Positions 26,736 to 39,149 of a DNA stretch of 64,000 bases are shown piece by piece. The position numbers were made by a program, and so were the translations under genes. Under the pieces are notes generated by a model. That model was not told the origin of the DNA. It saw only the letters and a program-made list of their open reading frames with translations, and searched no databases. How positions within the stretch are numbered: position 1 is the first letter of the stretch; each line of letters opens with the position of its first letter. The DNA is from Octopus sinensis (lineage: Eukaryota), in assembly GCF_006345805.1 (NCBI RefSeq), contig NC_042997.1, positions 123,566,001 to 123,630,000 of the forward strand, written 5' to 3'.

Positions 26736-28986
26736 TCAATCTTTCAACCAAACCTCTTTCTAACATAAAAATTGACATCCTCGCAAAATGGCTCAAATTT
26801 ACACCAACTCCACGCAGAGCAAACCTAAATGAACTCAAGGATAATATAACAGAATCTTGCAGAAAATTAAGACTAGCAGAAGCATCAAACAGTTTCAATA
26901 CTGAAGATGAATCACTTGTCAAGAACAAAAGTGAACACATCCCACACAGAGGAAGAAATAAAGATCTTGACGAATTCTGTAACCACATTGAGAACTTCCC
27001 CTACCATACTATACATAAACAGAAAGCTAACCCAAATTTTAACAATACACAATGGAAAGAACTGATAGAACTCCAAAATGATGAAGATATAACCATTAAG
27101 GAAGCGGACAAGGGAAATGCAGTTGTAATAATGGATACATCATACTACAGAAATCTTGTAATTTCCTTGCTTGATGAAGACCTACATTATGAAAAAATTA
27201 CCAACTACACCCCACAAAAAATAATGAAAACTCTATCTTCACTAATTAAAACCCATGAAAAGGAACTGACAACCAAAGAGATTGATTTCCTAACAAACTT
27301 TAAATGCAAACCTAGCCTTTTCTATGGTCTGCCAAAAATTCATAAAAGTCAAATTATAAATGAAACCATTAAAAAATCACCAAAGACATACATACACACA
27401 CCTAATCCGGGGGACCTAAAACTACGACCCATTGTAGCTGGCCCAACCTGTGAAACACACAGACTAAGTCTACTTATGGACATCCTCTTGAAACCCTTCC
27501 TTAAACATATCGATAGCCATATCAGAGATGACTTAGATATGTTAAACCACCTTCCAAAAAAAACCAAGGAAGAAACAATCCTGGTTTCATTTGATGTAGT
27601 CAACTTGTATACCAGTATTATGGACTGGAGGCAATACAATTCTGGTTAGACCAATTTCTGGAAGAAATACCAAAAAGGATCAGTAAGGAATTTATTACTA
27701 AATCAATTGAAGTCATCCTACACAATAACCACTTCATGTTTGACAATACATTTTACCGTCAAAAATCCGGAATTGCTATGGGTACAAGGGCAGCACCAGT
27801 CATTGCGAACTTAACAATGGGATACATGGAAATAATCATTTACCAGGAATCTCTATCAATCTTTGGAAACTCCCTCTCTCAATACATAAAAGAGAATTGG
27901 AAACGATTCCTAGACGATTGTTTCATTCTCTGGAATGAAAACATAGATAAACTCCTAAAATTTAAAAACCTATTGAACAGCATAAACCCAAATATACAGT
28001 TCACAATGGAATACAACCAAAAGGAGCTCCCGTTCTTGGATATACTAATTAAAAAAATTAACCTTAAAATAGAAACAAACATTTTTTACAAAGCCACAGA
28101 CGCCAAACAATACCTTCTTTTTAATTCATGCCACCCAAGACACACTAAAACAAACATCCCCTTCAACCTTGCAAGAAGGATATGCACAATAGTGTCAGAA
28201 CAAATTACTAGGAACTTTAGACTGCAAGAACTCAAAAACACCCTAATTGACAGACATTACCCAGCTCAACTCATAGAGGATGGGATCAGACGTGCAACAG
28301 AAATCAACATAGAAACTTTAAGAAAAGTTCAACACAACAACACACCTTCCCCGAAAATACTACCTTACATATCTACATACAACCCCAGAAACAAAGAAGC
28401 CTTCACCATCATCACCCAGAATTTACCAATACTTCATAAAAACCCAAAATTAAAGGAAATTCTAAACATACACCAGATCATTAAAAGCTACAAACAGCCT
28501 AAATCACTTAAAAAGATTCTCACAAAGGCAAAATTGTCTTCTAAAATTACGGATGCAAAAGTAAAAAAATGAGGTAGATCGAACTGTGCAACATGTCCTA
28601 ACCTATTGGAAGGATCAGAATTCTTCTTTAAAGAGGGACAGAAATTTAAGATCAAATATAACTTTACTTGTGCCTCTGAAAACATAATTTATGTTATTAA
28701 ATGCTCGGGCTGCCACCAAGACTACGTGGGTTCCACGGGACTATCACTCAGGTGCAGATGCACACTGCATCGACAACAGATTGCATTCCCAGAATATAGA
28801 ATGATACCTTTTAGTGAGCACATTGAGAAATGCGCAAAGCAACTACTGCCACAATTTTTAATCTTCCCATTTTACCAATGTGCTTTCGGATCATCAACAC
28901 AAATGAGACTGAACAAGGAAACATTCTTCATTGAAAAGTACAAACCCAGACTCAACCATCCGAACATACTGACACAGAGAAATTAA
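26672..28986 (+). pseudogene. PLE reverse transcriptase plus GIY-YIG endonuclease (one frameshift ~27620, one nonsense 28570)
   Basis: IINLS..KWLKFTPTP, IKEADKGNAVVIMD, LRPIVAG, FDVVNLYT, GIAMGT, WKRFLDDCF, SCHPRH, IIYVIKCSGCHQDYVGST. Confidence 0.92.
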
Positions 28987-29122
28987 CAAGGAAAAGGGAA
29001 AAAAAAATTTTAAGCGATTATCTCCCCTACACCGGAAAAAATCACTCACTACCTCCCCTTATTTAGAAATCTCCTGGAAATAAAAACAACGATAATTCCA
29101 TGCAATATAAACATAACGTCAC

Positions 29123-29162
29123 AAGAAATTTGAAAAGCTACACGCGAAACCGGTAATTTCTT
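29123..29162 (+). ncRNA. Minimal hammerhead ribozyme, U3-A8 variant (pLTR copy 3)
   Basis: Identical motif to 25142-25181. Confidence 0.7.
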
Positions 29163-29276
29163 AAAAAATTTTTAAATTATGTCATTTTAAGGAAAGGAAA
29201 AAAAAAAAATTTTTCCAATATTCTCCAGACATTTTGACACAAATATATATATTTTTTAGCATACATATATATAGGA

Positions 29277-29677
29277 GCAAGAGTGGCTGTGTGGTAAATA
29301 CCTTGCTAACCAACCACATGGTTATGGGTTCAGTCCCACTGCGTGGCATCTTGCGCAAGTGTCTTCTGCTATAGCCCTGGGCCGACCAATGCCTTGTGAG
29401 TGGATTTGGTAGACGGAAACTGAAAGAAGCCTGTCGTGTATATGTATATATATGTGTATGTATGTGTGTGTGTTTGTGTGTCTGTGTTTGTTCTCCTAGC
29501 ATTGCTTGACAACCGATGCTGGTGTGTTTACGTCCCCGTCACTTAGTGGTTCGGCAAAAATATACCGATAGAATAAGTACTGGTATTACAAAAAGAATAA
29601 GTCCCGGGGTCGAGTTGCTCGACTAAAGGCGGTGCTCCAGCATGGCCGCAGTCAAATGACTGAAACAAGTAAAAGAG

Positions 29678-29680
<3 letters not shown>
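29277..29680 (+). mobile_element. CORE-like tRNA-SINE with short internal SSR
   Basis: Same family as 15880. Confidence 0.85.
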
Positions 29681-29710
<30 letters not shown>

Positions 29711-29711
29711 G

Positions 29712-29742
<31 letters not shown>

Positions 29743-30254
29743 ATGTATTTATGTATGGATACGATCACATAGAATGGATTGCCAGTCCAGAGTGTGAACT
29801 AATGCTATTCCTTCTAATATGATTTGATAGAGTGAAAATATATTAATTTTGAAGTGCAAGGAAATATTAGGCTGTCATTGAAAGTGAGTTGCATGAAATT
29901 ATGCAGCTACGTTGTAATTAACATGAAAAAAATGTTGTTTCTTGAGGTATGCAAATATGAACTGATAATGTGTTGACTCAAGAGAACATTGCGATAAAAC
30001 TAAATAGTTGTCAAGATGTTCTATTTTTTAATATTTCCCAATGTAATATTTTGGAATTTAGCGAGATATTTCTGATAATACATTTGCAAACGTTCACACG
30101 GCGTTTTAGATATCTAAGATATGAGATATAGAAATCTATGTATTATCTGACAAGTCAATGACATGAATATTTTTTGCCGTTAAAACATTTATCATTAAAT
30201 CTATCAATACAAGAAGCGTTTATCATTAAATCTATAAGAAAAAAGTTAACTTTA

Positions 30255-30545
30255 CGGAGATGTACTTGCATAGCAAGTGACCTGATCTGAGATCGTATGC
30301 TAGAACGAAAACATTTGCAACGTGGAAGGTGTTTATAAGCCATTTAGGAAACACACAAAAACCGTTAGATTCACTTCAACATTTAAATTTTAATTTGACA
30401 AAATATTTTCGGCGCTTTGAGACAGGGACCTGTTCACTACGGAATTTTGTCAGTGAACAGGTCGCGGTCTCAAAGCGACAATAATATTTTCGCAAATTAA
30501 ATTTAAATGTTGAAGTGAATCTAACGGTTTTTAGTGTGTGTCTTA
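30255..30545. mobile_element. Palindromic MITE-like element (left arm also at 56420-56535)
   Basis: About 100-bp near-perfect arms centred near 30445 (ACCGTTAGATTCACTTCAACATTTAAA / TTTAAATGTTGAAGTGAATCTAACGGT). Confidence 0.75.
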
Positions 30546-30653
30546 AAAAAATTAACGAAAGAAATAAAGGCGCAAGTGTGGCAACCAAAGCCTTGTGATT
30601 GGATTTCGTAAACGGAAACTGAAAGAAGCCCGTTGTATATTACATACTATGTA

Positions 30654-31348
30654 TAGCAGGCCAGCCCTGCCAATATACACATATATTTGAATTTTCTCTG
30701 ACTCCTCAGATTTTTTGAATGCTGGACTACTGGTTTTAAATTGATATTAAAATTAAAATTAATATTAATTTATCTCCCTCAATTTTTAAATATTTAAATA
30801 AATACGTTCCCTAGTTGTAAGCACTATCCGCAGTGAATTATTCACTGCAGTCCTTCGCTTCAGGAGTCTCTCAGCGCGCCAGATCCAAGACATTTGAAAT
30901 TTTATTCCCGATGTAATCAGTAAGACTAAGCACGTGTCTGTCTTGACACAGAGAGCTGGGGTTAGTCTTGCAGTTTGCATCACGAGGACCGAATGTACTG
31001 AAGAAGTCACGGACACTTGAATTATGCAAGTAATTCTTTTGTTAAGACCGAAACCGAGGTATGCATTTAAGTCTGTTATTTATTTAATTTTTCATATGTC
31101 CTGCCCGCCAAAGTTGGTTCTGGTGTTCGCTGAATTCTTCCTCTAGAAAATTTCCCTTGTAGTTTGATCGTTGATGATCTTCTTCTAGCATTCTGGCCGG
31201 CTACCTAGCAGGCCAGCCCTGCCAATATACACATATATTTGAATTTTCTCTGACTCCTCAGATTTTTTGAATGCTGGACTACTGGTTTTAAATTGATATT
31301 AAAATTAAAATTAATATTAATTTATCTCCCTCAATTTTTAAATATTTA
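30654..31348 (+). mobile_element. 695-bp cassette with identical 143-bp direct repeats, inserted in the SSR slot of a CORE-like SINE
   Basis: 30654-30796 equals 31206-31348. SINE 5' half at 30560-30640 and 3' half at 31350-31670. Confidence 0.75.
30991..31068 (+). ncRNA. Type-I hammerhead-like motif inside the cassette
   Basis: GAATGTA-CTGAAGA-AGTC..GAATTAT-GCAA-GTAATTC..GACC-GAA-ACCGAGGT-A-TGCATTT; basal helix II pair is A.C rather than G-C. Confidence 0.6.
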
Positions 31349-31910
31349 TATATATATATATATATTTATATAAATATATATGTTTGTGTCTGTATGTGTT
31401 TGTGAGTGAGTGTGTGTGTATGTGTGTGTGTGCGTATGTTGCATATATATATATATGTTTGGCGTAGCATCTGTGTGCATTCTCTACCACCGCTTGAAAA
31501 CTGGCGTTGGATTTTTTTACTTTCTCGTAACTTAAAGGTTTAGAAAAATCTGTTGATAGCATAAGTACCATCCTTTAAAAAATAAGTTGATTTTTTCGAC
31601 TAAATTTCTTCAAGGCAGTGCTCCAGCATTGCCGCACCCTGATAACTGAAATAAGTAAGGGATAAGAGATTAAAGATAATTGCTTTATGTTAAACCATAC
31701 TTTTTGCATAAAAGCCTCCTCTAAGGAAACACAAGTCTTTTCTCAATCAATCTTAATTTTTTTTTCTTTAGTAAATCACGTGTTTTTAACTTTACCTAGA
31801 ACATTCTAGCTTGGATATAATAACTATACGCTTACCATTGTAAAGCAAAACCAGAAATGTACTCTTGAACTGAAAATAAATATACTACGAAAATCATAAC
31901 AGCTGCACAG

Positions 31911-32121
31911 AATACAGTTCTATATTTTAGAGATGAGGAATTGCGTACATTATTTACATTATTTACAATTGATAGATATTTATCCTCATCTTGTTTGCTG
32001 TTAACACAAGTTTTCGGCTGATATACATTCCAGCCATATGCCCACGGGCATATAGCGTAGTGGTTAAGAACGCGGGCTACTAACCACAAGATTCTGAGTT
32101 CGATTCCAGGCAGTGACCTGC

Positions 32122-32175
<54 letters not shown>

Positions 32176-32320
32176 TCAAAACATACCTTAGGAATGAGAA
32201 CCCAGGTTCGAAATTTCCCCAAGACACGTGACGAAGGCTGGAGGGTATATCAGCCGAAACGTTGTGTTGACAACAAACAAGATGACTACAAATATATGTC
32301 AATTGTAAATAATGTAAATA
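31911..32320 (+). mobile_element. Hammerhead-tailed tRNA-SINE preceded by an inverted copy of its own tail
   Basis: Inverted tail 31911-32035, head 32036-32120, (AAT)n, tail with GACAC-GTGACGA-AGGCTG..CAGCC-GAA-ACGT-T-GTGTT. Confidence 0.8.
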
Positions 32321-34204
32321 AAGCTGGACAGAATATAATATAGATTACTCCCAGATTTTACTTCTTTTAATTATAATATTTATATATAATTCCATGTAAA
32401 GAAAGCTAGTGTAGATACAGTATACTAAATATATATCAGTTACGTAATCTTTACTTAATAACACCAAAGTTACATCTCATTTATATATTTCACATTTTTT
32501 CATATTATGCGAAATAATTCTGCATAGAAGTATGACTTTATGTTGAGAAAGCAGATTATTCAAACAATGTTGTCATTACAGCATTAATACTATTTCCTGT
32601 TAGAAAACCTGCATTGTGTTTTAGCAATATTTCGAATATCGGTGCAATGCCCTTAAGATTGTCTTAAAGCGATATGCATTAAATTCCTTAAATCATTAAA
32701 TACTTCACTTCAATTAATTTTATGGTGCTATAAAATGTTATTTCATAATTTCGTTGAGAATGGATATTACTTTAATTAAACATATTTAATCATAAATCAA
32801 ACAATCAGCGTTGGAAGAAGATGGACGGACTATATTAATGATGTAAGGAATAACACCACAGAATCATTTAAAGATAATGATTGCATACAAGTTTAATTAA
32901 GGAAAACAATAGGAGTTAATGATGACAAAAAAAACTACGTTGAGGATAATGCACTGAATATCGAAGTTGGGAAACACACCACACACACACACACACATAC
33001 ATATATATATACACGCACGCACACAGAAGCACACACATATGCACTCACATTTGAGCGTGCGTATGTGTGAGTCTGTGTGTGTTGTACGTGTGTTGTTTGT
33101 ATGTTGGAGTGTGTGTATGTGGGTGCCTATTTAAAAATTCTTATCCAAAAGTGACTCTCATGTCAAGCATTCGATTTTATGATTTGTCGCCAACCTCGGT
33201 AATATTTCATGAAGGCCATAAAATTCAGAGACTACAATAACTCTTTAAGAATGTCACCCATTTCCGTAAACTCATAACGGAATTATGTACGCCCTTCTGA
33301 AGTGTTTCGTCTTCATGTTCTCACCATTACAGACAGTACATTTTCCGTTTCATGAGGAAATCAATATCGGGGCGTATTCCTTAATCTTTGAAAATTGGTA
33401 ATCTAAAGGAATTTAGAATTATGTTTTCCATTTCGAAACACAAAGAACACTTGCATCTATTTCCAATTCATCTAAATTGAATAGTAAATATATTACCTGC
33501 TCATTCCGCTATATTACACAAATATAGGAGCGATTATTCTTTCCTTTGACCATTGACTGGTAGTAAATAGATTAGCTGGACCATAATGTGAACGGTGCTA
33601 TTTGTTTTGCTCCATCAAGCATCAGATTCTAAAGTGCAAGGTGTGAGAGAAATATAAAGTGAAAATGAGTGGTAGAGAGTTCAAGAGGTGGAAGGGGGAG
33701 TGCGAGTGAGAAGTAGCGCGAGAAGGAGAAGAGAGGTAAAGAGGAACAAAGCGTTTATTGTCACAAAGAACTATACCTCCGGATAAGCAATTACAACCAC
33801 ATAGAACATTACCCCTTGGGAAGCAAGTGCAATCTCATAGAACTATACACCCAGCTAACACAGATATACATTCTTTAGAGCAAAAACTACCCAAGCATTC
33901 CGTTATAAAAAAAAAACTACTGTTAGGTTGAAAACTACATATAATAATATCAAAGTACCGGCCACTTTGTGATACGTTTGTGGCTGAAGCTGTGGAGTGA
34001 AGATCTCCAGCATCCTCACTCTGTTCACGATATCCCTGCTCACTGGTATCGGAAGTAATATACTCGTGATTCACAGTGGCTATTCCAGCGCATCACCCAA
34101 CCATCCTCTGGGGCAACGCCTTTAACATGAGGCAGACTGACAAGCCCGTTTAGATATGTCTCTGGTATGAGAAGGGGGTAAAGTATTTTGATTTAAGCAA
34201 GGCA

Positions 34205-35970
34205 TTCAGTGATGAAGGAAAGGATCAGGAGAGAATGTTATCGCAGAGTAAGAGCAATATACAAGACAGAGCTGAATGCGAGAAACAGGATCGAAGCGGT
34301 CAATGCTTTAGCCATACCAGTCGTGACTTACAGTTTCAATATCGTTTACTGGTCAATTACTGAAATATGTAATCTTGACAGAAAAATACGAAAACTGTTG
34401 ACAATGCATAGAATGCACCACCCTAAGGCAGATATAGAACGACTATATCTGCCAAGAAAAGAGGGAGGCCGTGGACTTTTACCACTGGAAATAACAATGA
34501 AGATTGCTACAATTGGCCTAGACTCTTACCTGAAAAACTCTGAGGGCTGGATGTTAAAACTTGTCTCAAAACATGAAAACAAGAAAGCATCATACTCAGT
34601 AACAAAACAGGCAAAGAAATATCCAAGTGAATTCCGAATACAACAAATTTCGGAATTAGACAACAAGAAACAAGCACAGAAAAAGCTAAACGCATGAAAA
34701 CCCGCGCTAAATCTGCTGCCTTAGATATTCTGAATGATAAATGTCAAGAAAAACCTCTCTATGGCGAATACCCAAAGAGAGCGAATAATGCAGATGTTGA
34801 CAAAGCCCTGACCCATTAATGGCTAATGGCCTCTGGCTTAAAATCTGAAACAGAAGGGTTTATCATAGCAGCTCAAGATCAATGCCTACCATCAAGAAAC
34901 TACCAGGCCAACATATTAAAGAACGGCAGTAGCCCAACATGTCGTGTATGTCAACAACAAAATGAAACCATTGATCATGTTGTCTCCATGTGCAGTCTTC
35001 TAGCGCCTACAGAGTGCCTCAACAGGCATGATAGGGCTGCACAATATATTCACTGTGTAATCTGCAAAAACCTGGCTTTGCCCCATGAAAAAAACTGGTG
35101 GGAACACAAACCACCTCCAGTGCTTGAAAATGATCACATCTCACTCCTCTGGAATTTCCCCATTCAAACTGACAGAAAGATAGATGCAAATAGGCCATAC
35201 ATAATATTGAAAAACTTCAAACAAAGAACATGCCTCCTCATTGATATGACTGTCCCAATCGATATAAACGTATCTGTCAAGACCTACCAAAAACTGAGCA
35301 AATATAAAGATCTTGAAATAGAAACCAGAAAAATGTGGACCCTGAAGACTAAAATAACACCTGTTGTCATAGGTGCCCTGGGAATGATAGCAGAAGGGGC
35401 TGATCGCTACCTAACTCAGATACCAGGAAACCCCAAAATGGCAGAAATTCAAAAGATAGTGCTCATGGGAACTGCTCATATCCTACGCAAAATACTTTCT
35501 ATGTAATCTCAAGTTTTAAAACAAACATAATTTTTTTTAATAATAAATCTTAGAGCGAGTTATAAACAGTAGCTGCAACACATCGTGACGTATATTTGCC
35601 ATTTAAATATGTCTAACCCCTAAGGGTGGATGCTACTGTAGTTTGTAGCCCCAGGAGGACACCTCCTCCAACTGGCTTTAGACACACTTTCTGTGCCCTA
35701 TTAGTATTTGCAAAGGGAAGCCATCGGATGGCTTCCCTTTCCGATAGCATCCACCCTTAGGGGCTAGCCATATTTAAATGGCAAATATACGTCACGATAC
35801 TTTTTTTTGACATTCACTAGTACAACACTAAATACAAAACCAAATATATGGCACACTAGGCATGACAACATTACGAACTTCCAGCCTGTTGTCTCTTGAG
35901 GTCTCTTCGTGAGACTTGGAGCCAACTTGTACAAATATAAAGCAAAAGTCTAACATAAAATAATAATAAT

Positions 35971-36030
<60 letters not shown>
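34205..36030 (+). pseudogene. 5'-truncated R4/Dong-like non-LTR retrotransposon ending in (AAT)n
   Basis: LYLPRKEGGRGL, ETEGFIIAAQDQ, CRVC..ETIDHVVSMC, RHD, REL domain RPY(D)IIL..IDMTVP..KYKDL..PVVIGALG; (AAT)n tail at ~35960. Confidence 0.9.
35582..35798. mobile_element. MITE with ~50-bp TIRs inserted in the Dong-like 3' UTR
   Basis: ATCGTGACGTATATTTGCCATTTAAATATG / CATATTTAAATGGCAAATATACGTCACGAT; related to 60261. Confidence 0.8.
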
Positions 36031-36033
<3 letters not shown>

Positions 36034-36034
36034 T

Positions 36035-36066
<32 letters not shown>

Positions 36067-36149
36067 AAAATGGCGGCGACACAATGCAAGCACGTTATTT
36101 ATATATATGTGTGTGTGTGTGCATACATGCGCACGTGTATATACAAATA

Positions 36150-37050
36150 AGGAGATGGGATCTCAATAACAACTCTCGTGGAAACCCCATGACCGACTCA
36201 TGAAATCCTGATGCAACACAACGAGGAAAGAATTAACAGCGAGAATGAAGCTATAGCCGGTCATAGTGAAGGTTTCACATCCGGCACGTCTGAAACCGCC
36301 AGAATCAGTGGCAGTGAGCTGAAGATAAGATACACTCAGCAGATCACATACACTGTGTGCGCATAAACAGACATAAGTGGATGAAGGAAGAGTACGATAC
36401 AGTTACTGAATATCATGGAAGAGCAACGCTGGAAAGAAGTCGCGGAGTAGGTCGACGTAACTTGAAATTTGGATGGAAAAGGACATGTGTCCAATGTCAA
36501 AAAATGACTAATGAACCAAGTGAGAGTGATTAGGAGACAGGGTTACTTAACTGGAGTTGAAATATCTCGGATTAATGAGAGTATGAGAGAACCTGCACAT
36601 GGGCTACAAAGGAAGGTCGGAGATGAAAACAGCGAGGTAGGAATTGAAAGCAGGGAGAAGAGTAGACATGAGTAGCAGGGGCTGTTAAGAATGAGGAAGA
36701 GGAACATTATACAGTGAACCCTGATACTGTGGTGGGTGGACATGCAAGGGAAATGAACCAACTAGATAATGAATTGCTTGAGATTCAAAGACGACTCACC
36801 GACTTGACGAATGCTCTAGAAGAAAAGATCCCCATGAATATGAAAATGGTATATGAGAATATGATAAATAAGGTAATACAAAAGATAAATACTGCCATAC
36901 CATACATACAGACGGAGGACTTAACACAAACAAAGAATCTTCTCCGGGGTATTGCGTTACTTGTTGAGGAGAAATTACAACTTAAGAGAAACGTATATCA
37001 TATTAAATATACGATCCATAATATTTACAAAGGGCAGATTCCGAGATAGG
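36150..37050 (+). pseudogene. R4/Dong-like N-terminal fragment
   Basis: RHKWMKEEY, VRVIRRQGYLTGVEI, INTAIPYIQTEDLTQTKNLL. Confidence 0.55.
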
Positions 37051-37093
37051 TGAATCAAATATAAATGAATAACAGTAGAGGTGTAGGTGTCAG

Positions 37094-37178
37094 TCCATTA
37101 CGGCCGTTTCTAACGACTCCTTTAATTGATTAATGAAAACCTTACATCATTGAAACGAAACCGCTTTCCTCAGATGAA
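37094..37178 (-). ncRNA. Type-I hammerhead-like motif
   Basis: TTCAT-CTGAGGA-(long helix II, 9 consecutive WC/GU pairs after a basal A.A)-GAA-ACGGCCGT-A-ATGGA. Confidence 0.55.
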
Positions 37179-37202
37179 TTCATGATTTTCAAAATAAAGG
37201 GG

Positions 37203-37242
<40 letters not shown>

Positions 37243-37249
37243 GATGAAG

Positions 37250-37530
37250 AACTAAGAACTGTACGAGAGCCTCCCAAAAGTTAACTCGATAATAACACAG
37301 ACAAGATTGAAGTTAGCTGGACATCCGCACTCTCATTCAGAGTTGATACTGCATTCAGTGCTCTTGTGGGAGCCCCTACATGGACACACTAAAAGATGGA
37401 GACCGAGGATAACATATGCTGATGCCCTACGGACAGATACTGGTCTCTTGGAGTCCCAGGACATAGCAGTAATGATGAGTGACAACGACGGCTGGAGATA
37501 ACTCGTCCATGGATTCGAAAATTCTACCCG
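37250..37530 (+). pseudogene. RTE LINE 3' remnant
   Basis: LKLAGH..VLLWEPLHG..RPRITYADALRTDTG..MMSD..GWR. Confidence 0.75.
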
Positions 37531-37571
37531 CCGTATACATACATCATAACTATCTATCTATCTATACACAG

Positions 37572-37614
<43 letters not shown>

Positions 37615-38704
37615 TATATAAAGGAAATGAATATTTTAGGGTATTTTCACCTATGTTTCCATGACATGTTTATCGTCAAAACGAATATGTAACATTATAC
37701 ATGTTCCTGCTTTCACAAGGTGTCATTTCTACAGTGAATTCAATGACGATACATTACCTAAACTTTTAGCAATATATGACGATTCTATGAAAGCCATGAT
37801 TTATAGTTAAACTAAATGAAGAAGAATAATGCACAGATTTAACTTTAGTAGAATACAGTAAATTACACTTCTTTTATCAAGAAAAACGTTAGTTAACTTT
37901 ATAACCGAACCAAAGATTCGAAATTCGACGCCAAGTAAGATATTAACCTGTCTATTATTAAGATGATATATACGAGATAACGCATTTTACTTTAAACCAT
38001 TTTTGTTCGTGGGCAAGTGTTTGTATACTTAAGTACACACAAGGATGCGCGCATTCTCAGACATGCACACACACACAGCAACACACACAGACACGCGCAA
38101 AAGGTTAAAAATTTAAGGGAGAAAAAGTACGAAGTTTTAAATGTATTAAGGTGTATTTAAATTCATATACTACTTAAGGGAAACGTAAATTTATAATCAA
38201 TGTAATTTACTACAAGTAAGAGAACAATATCTACGATTTGAATTAAAAGATAGGGGTACATTGATATAAATGATAATATATAGATTTGAATAATTGTAAT
38301 TAAAAACATTTCACAGAGAATTATCTGTAAAGCGAATAGATTCGAGCAAGAAAGGCATAGAATAAAATCTTTTTTTCTATTTTCTAGAAATAATAATCAC
38401 GGTATTTAAATCATGTAAGTAACAGACTAAAGAAATGATATAACGAAAAGTGGAAGATGAATGAGTATATTAGTAAATCCTAGTTAAATTCTTAATCATA
38501 CCTAATTTTCGCATTTATAAACACTGAAACGAAATATATTTAAGCTCTAATTAGTACATGATAAGGAGATAGCAAAGTCATTATGATAAAGGTTGTTAAT
38601 GTCATTTGCTAATATATTTCTCTCTAATTAATATAGTTAAATTCGCAATTAGTATTGTTTAGTTTCTCAATGAACCATAATGACAATAAACCGCAATATA
38701 GGCG

Positions 38705-39135
38705 CACGTATGGCTGTGTGGTAAGTAGCTAGGCGCAGGAGTGCTATGTCGTAAGTAGCTTGTTTACCAGCCACAAGGTTCCAGGTTCAGTCCTACTGCG
38801 TGGCACCTTGGCCAAGCGTCTTCTTCTATAGCCTCCGACCGACAAAAGCATTGTGAGTGGATTTGGTAGACGGAAACTGAAAGAAGCTCGTCGTATATAT
38901 ATATGTCTATGTGTGTAGTGTGTGCATGTATGATTGTCTGTCTGTGTTTGTCCCTCCGCCATCGCTTGACAACCGATGCTGGTGAGTTTACGTCCCTGTA
39001 ACTAAGCGGTTCGGCAAAAGTGACCGATAGAATAAGTGCTAGGCTTACAAAGAATAAGTCCTGGGGTCGATTAGTTCGACTATATGGCGGTGCTCTAGCA
39101 TTGGCTGTAGTGAAATGACTGAAACAATTAAATGA
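38705..39135 (+). mobile_element. CORE-like tRNA-SINE
   Basis: Same family as 15880 and 29277. Confidence 0.85.
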
Positions 39136-39149
39136 ATAAAAGAAAGAAT

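Larger units (their letters stand above)
25090..29262 (+). mobile_element. Near full-length Neptune-type Penelope-like element with direct pseudo-LTRs
   Basis: Direct repeat 25090-25270 matches 29071-29262. RT and GIY-YIG are present; Cys-rich linker CGRSNCATC. Confidence 0.92.

Noticed and set aside
28570-28572. In-frame TGA between PLE RT and EN as selenocysteine or readthrough
   Set aside because: The inverted copy has TGT (Cys) at this position, so it is a point mutation.
30813-31038. Exon-like block (CCCTAG| .. GAG|GTATG) or minus-strand ORF 30786-31016
   Set aside because: The plus strand has stops in all frames, and the region is better explained by the direct-repeat cassette and its hammerhead.
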